Assembly: GCA_002633005.1 (NCBI GenBank)
Contig: NMRA01000418.1
Span: 245,173-309,172, forward strand
Direction: 5' to 3'
DNA from: Phoronis australis
Lineage: Eukaryota > Animalia > Phoronida
Length of the DNA stretch: 64,000 nucleotides
Made by a program: the position numbers and the translations under genes
Shown here: piece after piece, positions 25,703 to 39,611 of the stretch
How positions within the stretch are numbered: position 1 is the stretch's first letter
How the letters are laid out: every line of letters begins with the position of its first letter
The notes under the pieces: model-generated
Database searches by the model: none
What the model was told of the DNA's origin: nothing
What the model saw: the letters and a program-made list of their open reading frames with translations, nothing else

Positions 25703-27294
25703 CCCGGGTGAGAATTTTACACGTTTGACACGCTTTCGAGCGTGTCAAACGTGTCAAACGTGTAAAAAAACGTGTAATACGTGTCAAAATTGCCACGTTA
25801 ATGTGTAAAACGTGTAAAAACACGACACGCTAGCGTGTCAAACGTGTAAAATTTGCCACGTTAGCGTGTCAAACGTGTAAAATTTGCCACGCTAGCGTGT
25901 CGAACGTGTAAAATATGATAGAACTCTTCAATAAAGATACAATTTAAATAGGCTTGGCAGTTATGAATTGGTCACTGGGAGGTAATCACCCAATTTGAAT
26001 GATTAAACATGTTCACTTAATAACATCAAAGAGTTTGCAACAAAAGTTTGCACTGCCTATTCAAATATCCAAATACTGAGTTAGAGTTGGTTTAGCTGTC
26101 AGAGAGTGCAGTCATGTCAGGAGAGCACTTATGAAGTGTGGTTTTCGAGTGTGATGCAGCTCTAACAGAAGTTTAGTATGTATATACTCTGGTTGACAGT
26201 GGCTTGATAAACTTTTCTTGCAAATGGTCCTTCTTTTTACAGGTAAGTTTGATTGTAACATAAAGCAAGAGTTAGCAGAAACTGTTGATTATGCAGTTAA
26301 TATATGAAGTTGTAACGCCTCTCATCTTCAGTAGTATATCAATTCATAACTGCTGTTATTGGATCAACTCACATTTTGTGTCAGCTTGACATTGTGTGTA
26401 GAGGTTTGGGCTGCAAAATCAACATGAACTCAATGTTATGACAAATGTTGAATCACTCTTGGTAATTCAAAGATGTTACAAAGTGCGTCTGTTCTTTACT
26501 TAAACTGTCTTCAAGCAACTGGCCTGACTCAAACGCTTAGACTTATATGCATATATATAGCAGCTTAAGCACTTAATGTTATTCTAGATGTAATGAAATT
26601 TAGTGACAACAGTATGTGGTAAGAGTTGGGTAGTTACATTATCCTTTTAATGATTCTATATCATTATCACATTTTGGATGATTTACATCAACAGTAACAA
26701 TAAGCTGTGACTTAAAGAAGAAATCCCTTTATACATTTGTTTTCAGTATGGATTCCCATGGTGGATGGTGAGCTGCTATAAACAAGAATATTATGGCTTG
26801 TACACGGCCTCAGGCTAAATGTAGGGTCGCTACCATGGCAATGACACAGATTACAGGCTAGCGTGTCAAAAGCGCCACGTTTGACACGCTATCGCCACGT
26901 TTTACACGCTTATCGCCACGTTCGACACGCTAGCGTGTCAAAAGTGCCACGTTTTTGCCACGTTTTGGCACGCCACGTTCGACACGCTATCGCCACGTTT
27001 TACACGTTTATCGCCACGTTCGACACGCTAGCGTGTCAAAAGTGACACGTTTTTGCCAGGTTTTGGCATGCCACGTTCGACACGCTATCGCCACGTTTTA
27101 CACGCTTATCGCCACGTTTGACACGCAAAGCTTGTCAAACGTGGAGTATTGGAACGAAAATTACACATTTTTGACACGTTCTTGAGACGTTTACACGTTT
27201 GACACGCCACGTTTTACACGTTCGACACGTTTTTAGGGCGTTCCAATACTCCACGTTTTTAGAGCGTGTCAAACGTGTCAAATTCTCACCCGGG
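25703..27294. mobile_element. Non-autonomous EnSpm/CACTA-like element, copy 1 (TIR CCCGGGTGAGAATTT, 2-bp TSD GT)
   Basis: Terminal inverted repeats, dense subterminal CGTGTCAAA/ACACG repeats at both ends, and gt flanking both termini. Confidence 0.82.
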
Positions 27295-30200
27295 GTGTGA
27301 CACATGGAAGGACATTTTCTGATTTGCAATTGTGACAATTACACTTAATTGAAATAAATGAAATGGAATGTAGGTGCACAGGCATTCTGTAATTTTTTGA
27401 ATTGGAAGCAGGGGTTAGTGGCTAGGACCTGTAGATCAAATTTAAGTCCACAAATCCATAACTGTCCAGACAACCTGTATGACGTGGTCGCAGCGCCACC
27501 ACGTGGATTCTGAAAGTACACCATTGCAGCAAATCCATACATGGCTGGGAAAAACAACATTCAAAGAAATGACGGTCAAACAAAACTTGTGAAACGTGTT
27601 TATGAAGAATTGAAGCTCTACTAAGATTACCCCATTGATGTTCCATGAGCTTCGATACTTTGATAACGTGCAATGGAAGGTGGTCCCCGCAATTGTCAAC
27701 GGCATTCAGAGATGCTTGAAAAGTTACTTGATGGCAAAAGTAGTGTTGATTATAAACAGAGGAGCAATTAATCAGTCTAAAGAACTATGTAAAGAGGTTG
27801 ATTATATAGTAAGCAACCAAAGACTACTTGATGTTTTGAGCAAATTTGGATTACATGAACAGAAACACACCCGTATGCTATTTCATCAAGATCCTTCAAG
27901 CACCACATTAAACAGACAGGCCGAAAATGAATGTCAGACGTACTCCCCTAAACTGAAACACAAATACTATAATACCAATATATCAATGAAGTAGCTTGTT
28001 ACAATTTTCCGTGTAAGAAACGAAGAGAAAACAAAAAGGAAAGAAACGAATGACATTCGTCGCCTTTCAAGAGCAATTTCGTAAAGAGATGAATACTGAA
28101 AAAGCTAACGCAAACATACAGTAATAAAAAGGGGGGTCGTAGAATCCACCTAAAATGGTGAGGTGTAATATCAACATAATATTTACCTAATTTAATAAAC
28201 ATCCGTCTAGAAACTGGGTATACATAACAAACCACCTGACATTAGGAGGCACAACGACAGGTTAAACCACTACTTGATTCAAGTCAGTTTGATAGATTCA
28301 ATACCCATGACTCACAGCACATCAGAGGGCGAACTATCTGGAGCAACAACATTCGTAAGCAACATCTGCACTTGAGAATTGACCAAGCTCGTCACAGTTG
28401 TCCATCATTTAGGACCACCAACTACACATGCACAACTTGTAGCCCTGATGGTTTGGACACTGTGTGTTACACCACACACACCGTTAGACACATTACACAT
28501 GTACATGTAGACAACCTCAAATTCAGTGATTGTGATAAAGAAGGGCCCACTGATAACACTACTTCCATTGGCCATTTCCAGTACCAAATTTTGATAACAT
28601 GCAGCTACATGTATATGCACTGAGCTTCTGAAAATCAGAGCAATGTAAATACATGACTTGTATAAAGAATTTTTTGTCCATAATTGAAGAATTTAAAAAA
28701 AGGTTCAAGTATTTCATTATCGGTCAAATGAAACAATAAATTCTGCAACAGTTATGTTCTCTACAAACTTGCTGATCGGGTGTTTGAGAAAAAAGAACTG
28801 CTCAACCAGTTGATAAAACACACGGTACTAGACAATATTTGAAAGTTGCTGCCTATACTAAAGCTGACTGTGTCTACTTGAAAGGCCTCACAAAACGTAA
28901 TTGTACCACCTTTTTGGTACATTAAGCCAAAGTACAACAAAGCGACTGCTAGGTCAACAATAGTTAATTGGATTCAGCAATTTCAACCCAACACGTTGTA
29001 CCAGTCTATGTAATTTGACCTCATCGGGACTCCGACGACCAGACTTTAGAGCTATTTTTGATCTGGGAAATGTGAAAGGGTACTATATTGACATGGAGCA
29101 AACCTTCAAGATTTGTGTCATGATTTGACAGTGCATTGGCATTTCAGAACAGATGTATACAATCCACAAGTAAGGGATTATTCTGAAACCCCATACCCCT
29201 TTTCCACCTCGATCCATGACCCCCTCGACCAACAATCCCCTCGAACCACGACCCATGACTCCCTCAACCCAAGACTTGTGACAATAGTGCTATCTTTGGG
29301 CTTTTTACATATTTTACCATTTTATTACGTCGCTGGGTGACTTTCCCATAAGACACGCGAGTCTGAAAAAGCTGATTGAAAACAGAAAGTGGCGTGAGAA
29401 TGCCTGTAATATTGAATAGCGCATTGTGAGGGCGCTGTTGTTATCACGGAATAAGATCCACGCGCGGCTACCAATGGCCCCGCAGTTCTAATAAACTTGA
29501 GTAGAGAGTACGTTAACGTGAATGTACAAAGTTTCATATTTTTATTCTTTGTTTTATACTCTGTACTCCATATAAACGTAGACATTTTTTACTAGGAAAA
29601 AACAGAGTAGTGTTCTACCATGAACCAAAATGGTGGGTTACTAACAGGAAAGTTAGTAAGGGGCAACTGCGTGAAAAGTACAGTCACAAGACAGAAATTA
29701 GTAGATACACTGACATTTCCGGTCTCATCTGAAATTCCATTCTCTCATTCTCTCTTGTTTCAGGACCCATAATCGACTATCCTGTAGCTTTCCGTTGTTG
29801 CTGTCATAACGAGAAAATGGTACTTTGTCTCGTAGCTTTTGCAATGTATTGCATATTCTGGTCGGTTGTGCACTGGTAATCTTGCGTTCGAAACGGGAAC
29901 AATTTGGGACATTCAGGAGACCCGTTTTCTGTATCAACATATACTGCTATGTGACTCCATCATGCTGTCAATAAGATCCAACACTAGGTTTTACCTTAAC
30001 AAACAAAAATAACGTACTTTTGTGTAGGTGTTTGTTACGGTATACAATAGGACTAATAATTTGTAAACACGCAAGGGCCAAGTGTTACCACCAGAACTGG
30101 ACAAGCAATGTTAGCCAAAACACCCAGCAAGAAGTGGACCAAAAACCCCGGCCACATGTCTGAGTTTGGTCGACACAATGCCCATGTGCTCAAAATCTCA

Positions 30201-30748
30201 GGAGAACTTGGTCCTGAAGATAACATAAATTAATATACAAATTAAGTATCTTAATTTCCTTGATATTGATAGAAACCAGCAAATATTAGCAAAATTGCAA
30301 ACAGGAACCGAACAAAAGATTGCACAGAGCTCGTAGCGACGAGTGTAGGGATCATGTTTTCCACCTGAAATTCCTGGTTTTGAGGTGGAAATTTTTGGAA
30401 GTTGAAATTGCTAACTCTGGCATTTTCTATGAGTCAAACAGTTGAAATTGTGGTGAAACGTAGAGAGAATGCAGTGTAACAAACGTGACGATAATAGTAG
30501 CCCAAGATTGCAAATATACTGTACAACAGATGATATGAAGGTCAATAAGGGAAACGTGAAACTCTGCACTGCCAACGGGGATTAGAAAAAGCACATCTTA
30601 ATGTATCTTGGACGTTGCAATAGAATCGTGGTTCAGCACAACCATTTCCTAAGTCGTTAGTGACAGTCCTATTTTAATATGAATTAAAATTCATATTGTT
30701 GCCTTAAGCAGGAATAAGTACCATGACGCAGCTGAAATAGCAACTTAC

Positions 30749-31072
30749 CGGTCACCCTAACGACCTCAGTTTCAGCGTACAGAGTAGCCTGCCTGTTGGA
30801 AACTTGACATCTGAACTGTACACCGTCATCAGCTGTGTCCAAGTTTACCGTGAGTATGCTGGTGCCGTTAGTAGTTCCATCAGTATTGTTTGTGATGGTC
30901 ATGGTAACATTCTTCGTTATATCTGTGTATGCAGCGTTACCAATCCGACGTGACCACACCATAGATGCCTGTGGTTTGCCTAAGTTTGCCGTACATATAA
31001 GGACAGTTGGTCCTGCTCCACCAAGAACAGACTGCGTCGGGGCTCCAGATATAGATGGTTTGCTAGGTAGGA
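30749..31072 (-). CDS. IgSF gene A, exon 3: C2/C1-like Ig domain
   Basis: Acceptor ttgttcttgtttccccag, donor G|gtaagt; 324 nt, phase 1-1. LPSKPSISG...VLICTANLGKPQASMVWSR...TSILTVNLDTADDGVQFRCQVSN has both canonical Cys, the C-strand Trp and D-x-G-x-x-F-x-C. N-glycosylation sequons NVT, NNT, NGT. Confidence 0.93.
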
Positions 31073-32512
31073 CTGGGGAAACAAGAACAAATTAAGCATT
31101 ACAGCACCAATTTACCTATCTAGCTACATTTGAACTATGTTTTGGAACACGTTGACCTTCAATTTGGCATGATGATAAAATGTGCCAAGAGTTCTATACG
31201 ACCTCTTGTAACGTGTTGTTGCAACCTCTTGGCAGCACTTGTGATACGTCTGAATGGCCAGTATCACCATCACTTGATGATAATTTCCACCCACAGTTTT
31301 TCAATAATTATGAGTGATCTCAATAATTGTCAAAAATCCCTCTCTTACTCAGCTTTGACGGTTAACTTTCGAATTAACATGCTTAAATTTGTGAGCCTTG
31401 ATAGGTATGGTGACCATCATGATTGAAGTTGCAATGTCAAGCAAATGTGGATCAGAGAGATGCTATCTGCAAAGTCGTTACCAAAATGTTTGTTAGTGTT
31501 CAATCATTTCCAATATGTTTTGATTCTAAGTTGTGACTGTTCAATGTTAAGGCTCCGCGAAAGGTGCTTTGACTCCGCATGCGCTGTGTTCACCTAATTA
31601 TCGTCATATACTAGAAGCACGACGGCAACTTCCTTGGCGATTTTCTTGCCTCTACGAAACTGTACACTGTATACATGATTGCTTTGTAACCGCGGTAAAG
31701 AATTATAAATTCACAAAGTAAACAAGGTTTCGGACTGGTGCCATAATAAACTACCTCCAAAAAGTACGAATAAGTACTTGAAGAATGTCTAGAATTTGTA
31801 GGACTGCTAGAGGTAAAATTAAAGTTACTGTATCTCAGACCTTATTGTGTGAACTGCATTCAACCCGTACCTCACAACACTCAGCTTTTTCATGTAGAAA
31901 AAGTATATATAATTATTAACTGAAAGAAGAAATATGTTTTGTATTGATGTATCATTGTAAAAATTACGTTAACATCTTTTTAATAAGTCAAAATCTCATT
32001 TTTAAGAAAGGTACATTCATAGCTGACTCCTCGGTCGATTTTAATGAAAACTTTTAAAATGAAAACTTCAACAGTTGCCTCAAGAATGCTGTTAGGAATT
32101 TTCTATTATATTGTAAAAATTCCCAACTTTAAGACAGTGTCCCGAATTTTGGTCACCTACCCAAAACTGAATTTTTTAACTCTGAAATAAAATGGGACAC
32201 GATCGAATTGTCATTCACTCCATTTCTCAAATTTTGGACGCTTCGGTTTTAGCGGCAATGGCCGTAATTCTCATATTTCTGACAGAGCGATTTTCCGCAT
32301 GATCGGGGATTGAATGAAAATCTGGATGTTTATCAAGAAAAGCTGATTATTCACTCATCGTTTAAAACTGCCGCAGGTGTAATGTATTGACGGATGTTGC
32401 TGTCTATAGTTATTAATGTAGATGCTTTGTGCACTTGGGAGCTTGGACGGTGTTGGAAGGAAATCAGAGCATGCGATTGTCAAACTGTAGGAAAGATAGG
32501 AGATGTCTATAA

Positions 32513-34058
32513 CCAGGGAGAGAATTTCACACGTCTGACACACTTTTGAGGGTGTCAAACGTGTAAAAAGCTTGTAATACGTGTCAAAATTGCCACGCTA
32601 ACGTATAAAACGTGTAAAAACATGGCACGCTAGCGTGTCAAACGTGTAAAATTTTACACGCTAACGTGTCAAACGTGTAAAATTTGCAACGCCACATATC
32701 AAACGTGTAAAACGTGACACGCTAGAGTGTCAAACGTGTAAAATTTGACACGCTGGCGTGTCAAACGTTTAAAATGTGACACACTAGTGTGTCAAACGTG
32801 TAAAATTTTGACACGCTAGCGTGTAAAATATGGCAGATCTCTTCAATAAAGATACAATTTAAATAGGCTTGGCAGTTCTGAAAAGGCCGTTGGGAGGTAA
32901 TCACCCAATTTGAATGACTAAACATATTCCCTTAATAACATCAAAGAATTAATTTTGCTACCAAAGATTTCACTGCCTTTTCAAATATCCAAATGCTGAG
33001 TTAGATTTGGTTTAGCTGTCAGAGAGAGCAGTTGAGTGTCAGGAGATCACTCGTGAACCATGGTTCTGGAATGTGATGCAGCTCTAACACCGGTTTGGTA
33101 TGTATATAATCGGGTTGACAGTGGCTTGATAAACTTTCCTTGCGAATGGTCCTTCTTTTAAACAGGTAAATTGGACTGTAACAGAAAACAAGGGTCAGTA
33201 GAAACTGTTGACTATGCAGGTGTGCAGCTTGAATGAGGATAAGACATTGTGTGTAGAGGTTTGGGCTGCAAAATCAACATGAACTCGATATTACGGCAAA
33301 CGTTGAATCCCTCAAACGTGTTACAAAGTGCATCTGTTCTTCACTTCATAAACTGTCTTCAAGCAAGAGGCATGACTCAAAAGCTAACTTATATGCATAT
33401 ATAAAGCAGCTTAAGCACTTCGAACTTGTATGCTGAAAAATGTTCTTATTTCTGTGTTAATGTTATTCTAGATGTAATGAATTTTAGTGACAACACTCTG
33501 TGGCATGAAGTGGATAGTTACATTATCATTTTAAAGATTCCATGTCATTATCACATTTTGGATAATTTTCATTTCACAATGAGCAGTGACTTCAAGAAAA
33601 AATCTCTTTATACATTTGCTTTCAGTATGGATTCCCATGGTGCATGGTGAGCTGCTATAAACAAGAACATTATGGCTTGTCCACGGCCTCAGGCTAAATG
33701 TGGCGTCGCTACCATGGCAACGACACAGATTACAGGCTATCGTGGCAAAAGCGCCACGTTCGACACGCTAGCTTGGCAAAAGCGTCACGTTTGACACGCT
33801 AGCGTGGCACAAGCGCCACGGTTGAGTTGCTGGCGTGGCAAGAGCGCCACGTTTGACACGCCAAAAGTGTCAAACGTGGAGTATTGGAACAAAAATTACA
33901 CATTTTGCCGCGTTTTCGCAACGTTTCACATGCTACACTTTACACGTTTGACAAGGTATATTTTACACGATTTTCAAGCTCCATTTTACACGTTTAACAC
34001 GCTGTTCCATTACTCCACGTTTTCAGAGCGTGTCAAACGTAAAAAATTCTCACCCGGG
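32513..34058. mobile_element. Non-autonomous EnSpm/CACTA-like element, copy 2 (2-bp TSD AA)
   Basis: Same termini (CCAGGGAGAGAATTT ... AAATTCTCACCCGGG), same internal sequence and orientation as 25703-27294, with aa on both sides. Confidence 0.82.
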
Positions 34059-36456
34059 AAGGGAGGTTGTGGGAAGCGCTGCACTTTGAAACATGTTTTA
34101 TCATCTTGTAAGAATACTTTAGCAGATGGGGATATAATGAGGTTCACAAGGTGATTGCATATATTTTGGTAGAATACTGTACATAGTTATCAACACTGAC
34201 AGTCCACTGATCTACTTTTGTAGCGAAGGTGATCCACGGAGAGGAAAGACCCAGGTATGCTGACAACAGTGATTGGCAGATGATCGAAGATGCAGGACAA
34301 TTGGCAGTATTTCCAAGCCATATAGCGATGACCATCCAGCTTGACTTAGTGCTATGGCCACAGTGTTCTCCACAGCCTGTTTTGATTGGAAGCACTAATG
34401 AGTTAAAGTTTACTCTCGTCAACTTTATAGATAACTGGCGTCAAGTTAGTTTCGAGTCCAACTCAGGGACAAGTTCAATATTTTTGCTGCCAAGCAATTA
34501 AACACTCAGCATCAAATCTTAGCCAGTTTTCTCTTAGCCAATTTTAATCAGAGTTCGGTAGCAGCATGTAGAGGCTGATGAAATTCCTGTGGCTCAGCAC
34601 AGCGTCGGAGAAGAATTTGGTGCTATTTTTACAGCCAAAAAACAGGTGACATTGCACGTGATGACTGAAGACTGATAAACTTTTGGGAGCTCCAGGCATC
34701 CAAGATGATCTAGATTAGGGATTGAAATTATCGACGACGCATTCTGGCAACTTCAGTGTTTCCGGTAGTTATAAAGTCCCACCGTTCACTGCACGCATAT
34801 TGATTAGGCCACGTTATGATCACAAAGTTCCAGATATATCGATAGCCTTTGTACCAGCATATCTGGATCAATATTTGTGTCTGGAACATCTCGGTTTGTA
34901 AAGTATGCCTTGAGACTTTTAAATCTTGTTAGCAGGCCTTAGCGCAGCAGACGGAATGAATAACTACGTCGAATGCAGATGTCAGTCGTAACAGAAACCA
35001 GACAACACTGGCCGTACAAAATCCACAAACATCGCGCACTGCTACTTAAGTGAAGTGTGGAATGACATTGCGGTTTTTAACGGGCATCAACCAATGAAAC
35101 TCCTGCAAGATATTGAGATGAGGTCGATTTCTATTGGCCAAAAATTACGAGAAATACACCAAAACTTAACCAAAAGTATTGGCCTAATTGAGAAATGCAC
35201 AAAAAACAACCCATAAATCGTCAAAAGTGTTTCCATTCAAAGGTTTCTTGATACTTCCAACACTGCTGTCGCTAATTCCAACCAGTATATAGCGGGGTTT
35301 ACAGAATATCGAAAAATGTGCCGAGAACGAACTCTGAAATAGCTATTTGAGCAACAGCTAACCAGCCGAAAATATTTAGCGGGATATAATTAGCCTGTCG
35401 CCGATGCGATAAAAAGCTGTGCAAGGCGAGTCCACGTGAATACATTTTCTTCTTTGTGTGGTGTTTTTATCATGAATTAAAGGTTAATTTTGGTCCAGTT
35501 GTCTCGGTGGTCCAGCACTAAAAAACATGGACACAATGTGCTCGAACCCAGCCCGTGGATGTTAAAACTACGTGATTCATCTACGCGAAAGGCCACAGTG
35601 AGTGCAAGACATTTTCGCAAAAATGTGCGTTGATTTTATGTTTGTTTGTACGATTTTTGTGGTTCGTGCGCATGATTTTTGTCCGTATGCGTGAGTTTTT
35701 TCTTCCTATGCATTATTCATGGGTTGATATGGATGATTCATAAGTTCGTACATACATGTAAGACGCAATGTTCCTGCCTACGATGGTGCCCCTGAAAAAT
35801 AATAATTGCCTATGTAAACAACAACATACATGTAAGTTGTTTTGAAATTTGCACTGAATTGTTTCCACCCACCAATATGTCATTCTGCGATAAGGGAAAC
35901 GTATCGCGTTTTATATCACGTTTTTCAATAACTGGAGATCTGAAATGTGGACAGCTAGCAAAAGATCAGGCAGTTTGTTGCCCTCAAGTGTGGTCTATCA
36001 TTGACGACAGGTTGATAATTACGTGGCAGTTTAGTCCTAGAAAAGTGACGGTATTTCTCCAGCGTGTATTTTCTCCAATATCAATTTGCTTAGCTACTTG
36101 CATTCACGAGTCTATTAGGGAAAGCTGGCCCAAATTCCACGCTCACTGTAATGTTGCCAACGAAGTTTCGAAATCGTACGCCCACTCAAGTTCTTAACTT
36201 AGTTTGTCACAAAAATATCGCTCATGTTTCGGGTTCTTCGTTCACTGGTATGCACAACAACTTAAGCGTTTGTGGTTCAGTCGTATGATTTAGATGCCCA
36301 TGTGTATGATTTGTGTTTGTATGGGATGTTTGTATTGCGAGCACCATGATTTTTGTTTGTATGCGTAATTTTTGAGCTCGCATGCATGATGCATGTGTGC
36401 GTATGTAAGACTCATTGGTTGGTAGGTGGTTCGTGCGTAGTATGCCAAGCTTATTG

Positions 36457-38089
36457 GTGTGATTGTATGATACCCCTGGTTTTGCATGCATGAAATGAAA
36501 AGTCTTGAAATAATATGAATCCCTACATATTTCCATATTAGATGGTTCGTGTTTGCTAGACTCTTAGCACTGAATACTTCCCATATACAGGGAAATTAGG
36601 TCAGTCACGGCATGAAACTGGTGTCCTTTGGAAGTGTAAAACCAAGACCGAACTTGGCGTAAAAACATTGAGAAAAGACGAGTTCTTTTGAAACAAGAGC
36701 AAGTCAGAGCGTAAAAACGCGCCCACGAATGCTTTGCAAACAGTGTGCTTCTAAGGTGTTGATTTTAATAATAAAAATGGCCACTGGATGGAGCAAAATA
36801 CTTCAAACCCATCAAAAATGGGTAAATGTCACTTCTTATTTAACAGAAAGCTATTTACAACATTTTAGGAAAATCTGTCAATGAACTTAGAGAAACAATG
36901 CGAAAGGGAAAAAATGAATTTTACTAGGGGCCAAAGCAGTTGTCGTCTTCTGTTGAAAACTTCATACATGTATGAAAACACTTGCTACATTTAATAAAGA
37001 TCCTGCACAGGGCTAAGGAGATACAGCTAAGGGTGCAAAAGACAAAACTGTAACTAGGAAGCGACACGGTAAGTGAAGTCGGAAATTCATCATCAGCCGT
37101 CCGCTTTACACTAAGAACATATAAGCCAATTTTCACAATCCAGGGCTCGACACCGGTAACCGGCTGCAGGTGGAATTTGCGACCTAAAGTTTGGAAATGC
37201 GAGCTGAAATTTTTGTCAGCTCGTATCAAGTCACAAAAATTCGACCTTCAATTTCCAATGTATGCGAGCTGANGTGTGATTGTATGATACCCCTGGTTTT
37301 GCATGCATGAAATGAAAAGTCTTGAAATAATATGAATCCCTACATATTTCCATATTAGATGGTTCGTGTTTGCTAGACTCTTAGCACTGAATACTTCCCA
37401 TATACAGGGAAATTAGGTCAGTCACGGCATGAAACTGGTGTCCTTTGGAAGTGTAAAACCAAGACCGAACTTGGCGTAAAAACATTGAGAAAAGACGAGT
37501 TCTTTTGAAACAAGAGCAAGTCAGAGCGTAAAAACGCGCCCACGAATGCTTTGCAAACAGTGTGCTTCTAAGGTGTTGATTTTAATAATAAAAATGGCCA
37601 CTGGATGGAGCAAAATACTTCAAACCCATCAAAAATGGGTAAATGTCACTTCTTATTTAACAGAAAGCTATTTACAACATTTTAGGAAAATCTGTCAATG
37701 AACTTAGAGAAACAATGCGAAAGGGAAAAAATGAATTTTACTAGGGGCCAAAGCAGTTGTCGTCTTCTGTTGAAAACTTCATACATGTATGAAAACACTT
37801 GCTACATTTAATAAAGATCCTGCACAGGGCTAAGGAGATACAGCTAAGGGTGCAAAAGACAAAACTGTAACTAGGAAGCGACACGGTAAGTGAAGTCGGA
37901 AATTCATCATCAGCCGTCCGCTTTACACTAAGAACATATAAGCCAATTTTCACAATCCAGGGCTCGACACCGGTAACCGGCTGCAGGTGGAATTTGCGAC
38001 CTAAAGTTTGGAAATGCGAGCTGAAATTTTTGTCAGCTCGTATCAAGTCACAAAAATTCGACCTTCAATTTCCAATGTATGCGAGCTGA
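36457..38089. other. 816-bp apparently identical duplication across a single N (assembly overlap)
   Basis: 36457-37272 is repeated at 37274-38089; n at 37273. Confidence 0.9.
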
Positions 38090-39254
38090 GATTTTTCCCT
38101 TCTTTGTACTGTAGATACCTGGCCAATATAAAGCAACTCTTGTAAATCCAACGATTATTTGATTGTTACCAAATCCAAGTTCAAAAGAACACTAACCAAG
38201 AACTGCCCTCCCGATGACTTGTAAGCAAGTCGCGTGAACATGGGATATACAGAATCGATCTCTGACGTGTTTCATTGGCTAACATTTTCAAGCGCTTTTG
38301 CAAATTTCCGGATTCGCCGAAAAACATCTCGTGACGCTGCATCAAACACGTGATAAAACGTCACAAAACAGCGGTGTCTCTACTAATTTGAAGCGATCAA
38401 CTTACCAAACTTTGTGGTGGACAAACATGTTTATTTTTCGCATCCTTATTACATATACCAAATATCCACGAAAATATCCCTTATGTCGCACTGCGGCACT
38501 GGTCGGTCCCGTTGTTAGCTCGCAAGCGGTCCCGGCAGACAATCGTGACTTACATGTAGAGATGTGCGTCTCGTTTTTTATCGGATAAGGCAGCCAAAGT
38601 GGAAATGACAACCCTATTAATCGCCAAACGACGACCACGTCTTTTCTTTCAGAAATTCTCAAACCCTTAACTTGTTCTGGGGCTAGTTGCGGGACATATG
38701 ACTCATCTGTCAAATGTTGTTGCCAACGTAATGTGTAGGCCTACTCACATGGCCATTGGAGGGCAATTTCGCTGTAAACGTACGCTGCAAATAATTACTT
38801 TACACTGCAAAAATTACTTTCCGCAGTTAAACTTCGCCGATAATAAATGTTTTACGCATTTAAATTGCGCAGCAAATAATTACTTTACGCTACAAATAAT
38901 TACTTTACACCGCACATAAAGCAAAACTTTCTTAAAGTGATATGAAATCGCATAGAAGTTTTAGTGGAGGCTTCATTCTGTTGCCAACACTAATACGCCA
39001 ATTCCTCAATTATAATTAGCACACAAGACGAACATGAAAAATTTCATTTTGTCAAATTTCTCAACAAAGAATAGACAACGAAAATTTTATTGAGTTGAAA
39101 GCTCGTTTGTTCCGTGTAGCTGTCGCAAAATGAAACTTGCATCAATTTTACAGCTAGTTAAACAGCCTTTACAAAATCGAAAAAATAGAATCCTGGCAGT
39201 TATCATTGTGCAAAATAACAGAAGAATTACCAAGGGCATGAAAACACGACTTAC

Positions 39255-39611
39255 AGTCAACAACAAGGCGACAAACTGAAGTTTTAAAGATGCCACTTTT
39301 AAGGTACACTTCCACAATATGCTGGCCTGCATCACCAGGTGTAATTCTTGACAAACTGATGGTGAAATTAGTTTTCCCACCAGAAAGGTCAATAGAACCA
39401 CGAGATACAAAGGCACCGATGAAACGTCTTACAGGATCTGATGAAGAGAAACTGGCTTCAAACAGAAGCGACCCTTGTGGGTTTTTCACAAGTATCCTGT
39501 GAAGTTGTTCTGCGCTCTCCAGTACATAACTTATCCCGAACGTTGCGATTCCACCGTTGACAACAATGACTTCATCAGGTAAATTCACACTAAGGGCAGA
39601 AACAGCGAATG
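39255..39611 (-). CDS. IgSF gene A, exon 2: V-type Ig-like domain without the canonical disulfide
   Basis: Acceptor ttttgctttttcag, donor T|gtaagt; 357 nt, phase 1-1, no stops. Translation ...VIVVNGGIATFGISY...FVSRGSIDLSGGKTNFTISLSRITPGDAGQHIVEV...CRLVVD shows V-set D/E/F strand patterns (R-x-S, F-T-I-x-L-x-x-I-x-x-x-D-A-G). Confidence 0.88.

Noticed and set aside
25710-27290. CRISPR-like or coding interpretation of the short CGTGTCAAA repeats
   Set aside because: No unique spacers, eukaryotic context; they are subterminal repeats inside TIRs.
36924-38046. Two identical 101-aa ORFs
   Set aside because: A product of the duplication across the single N; no protein motif.
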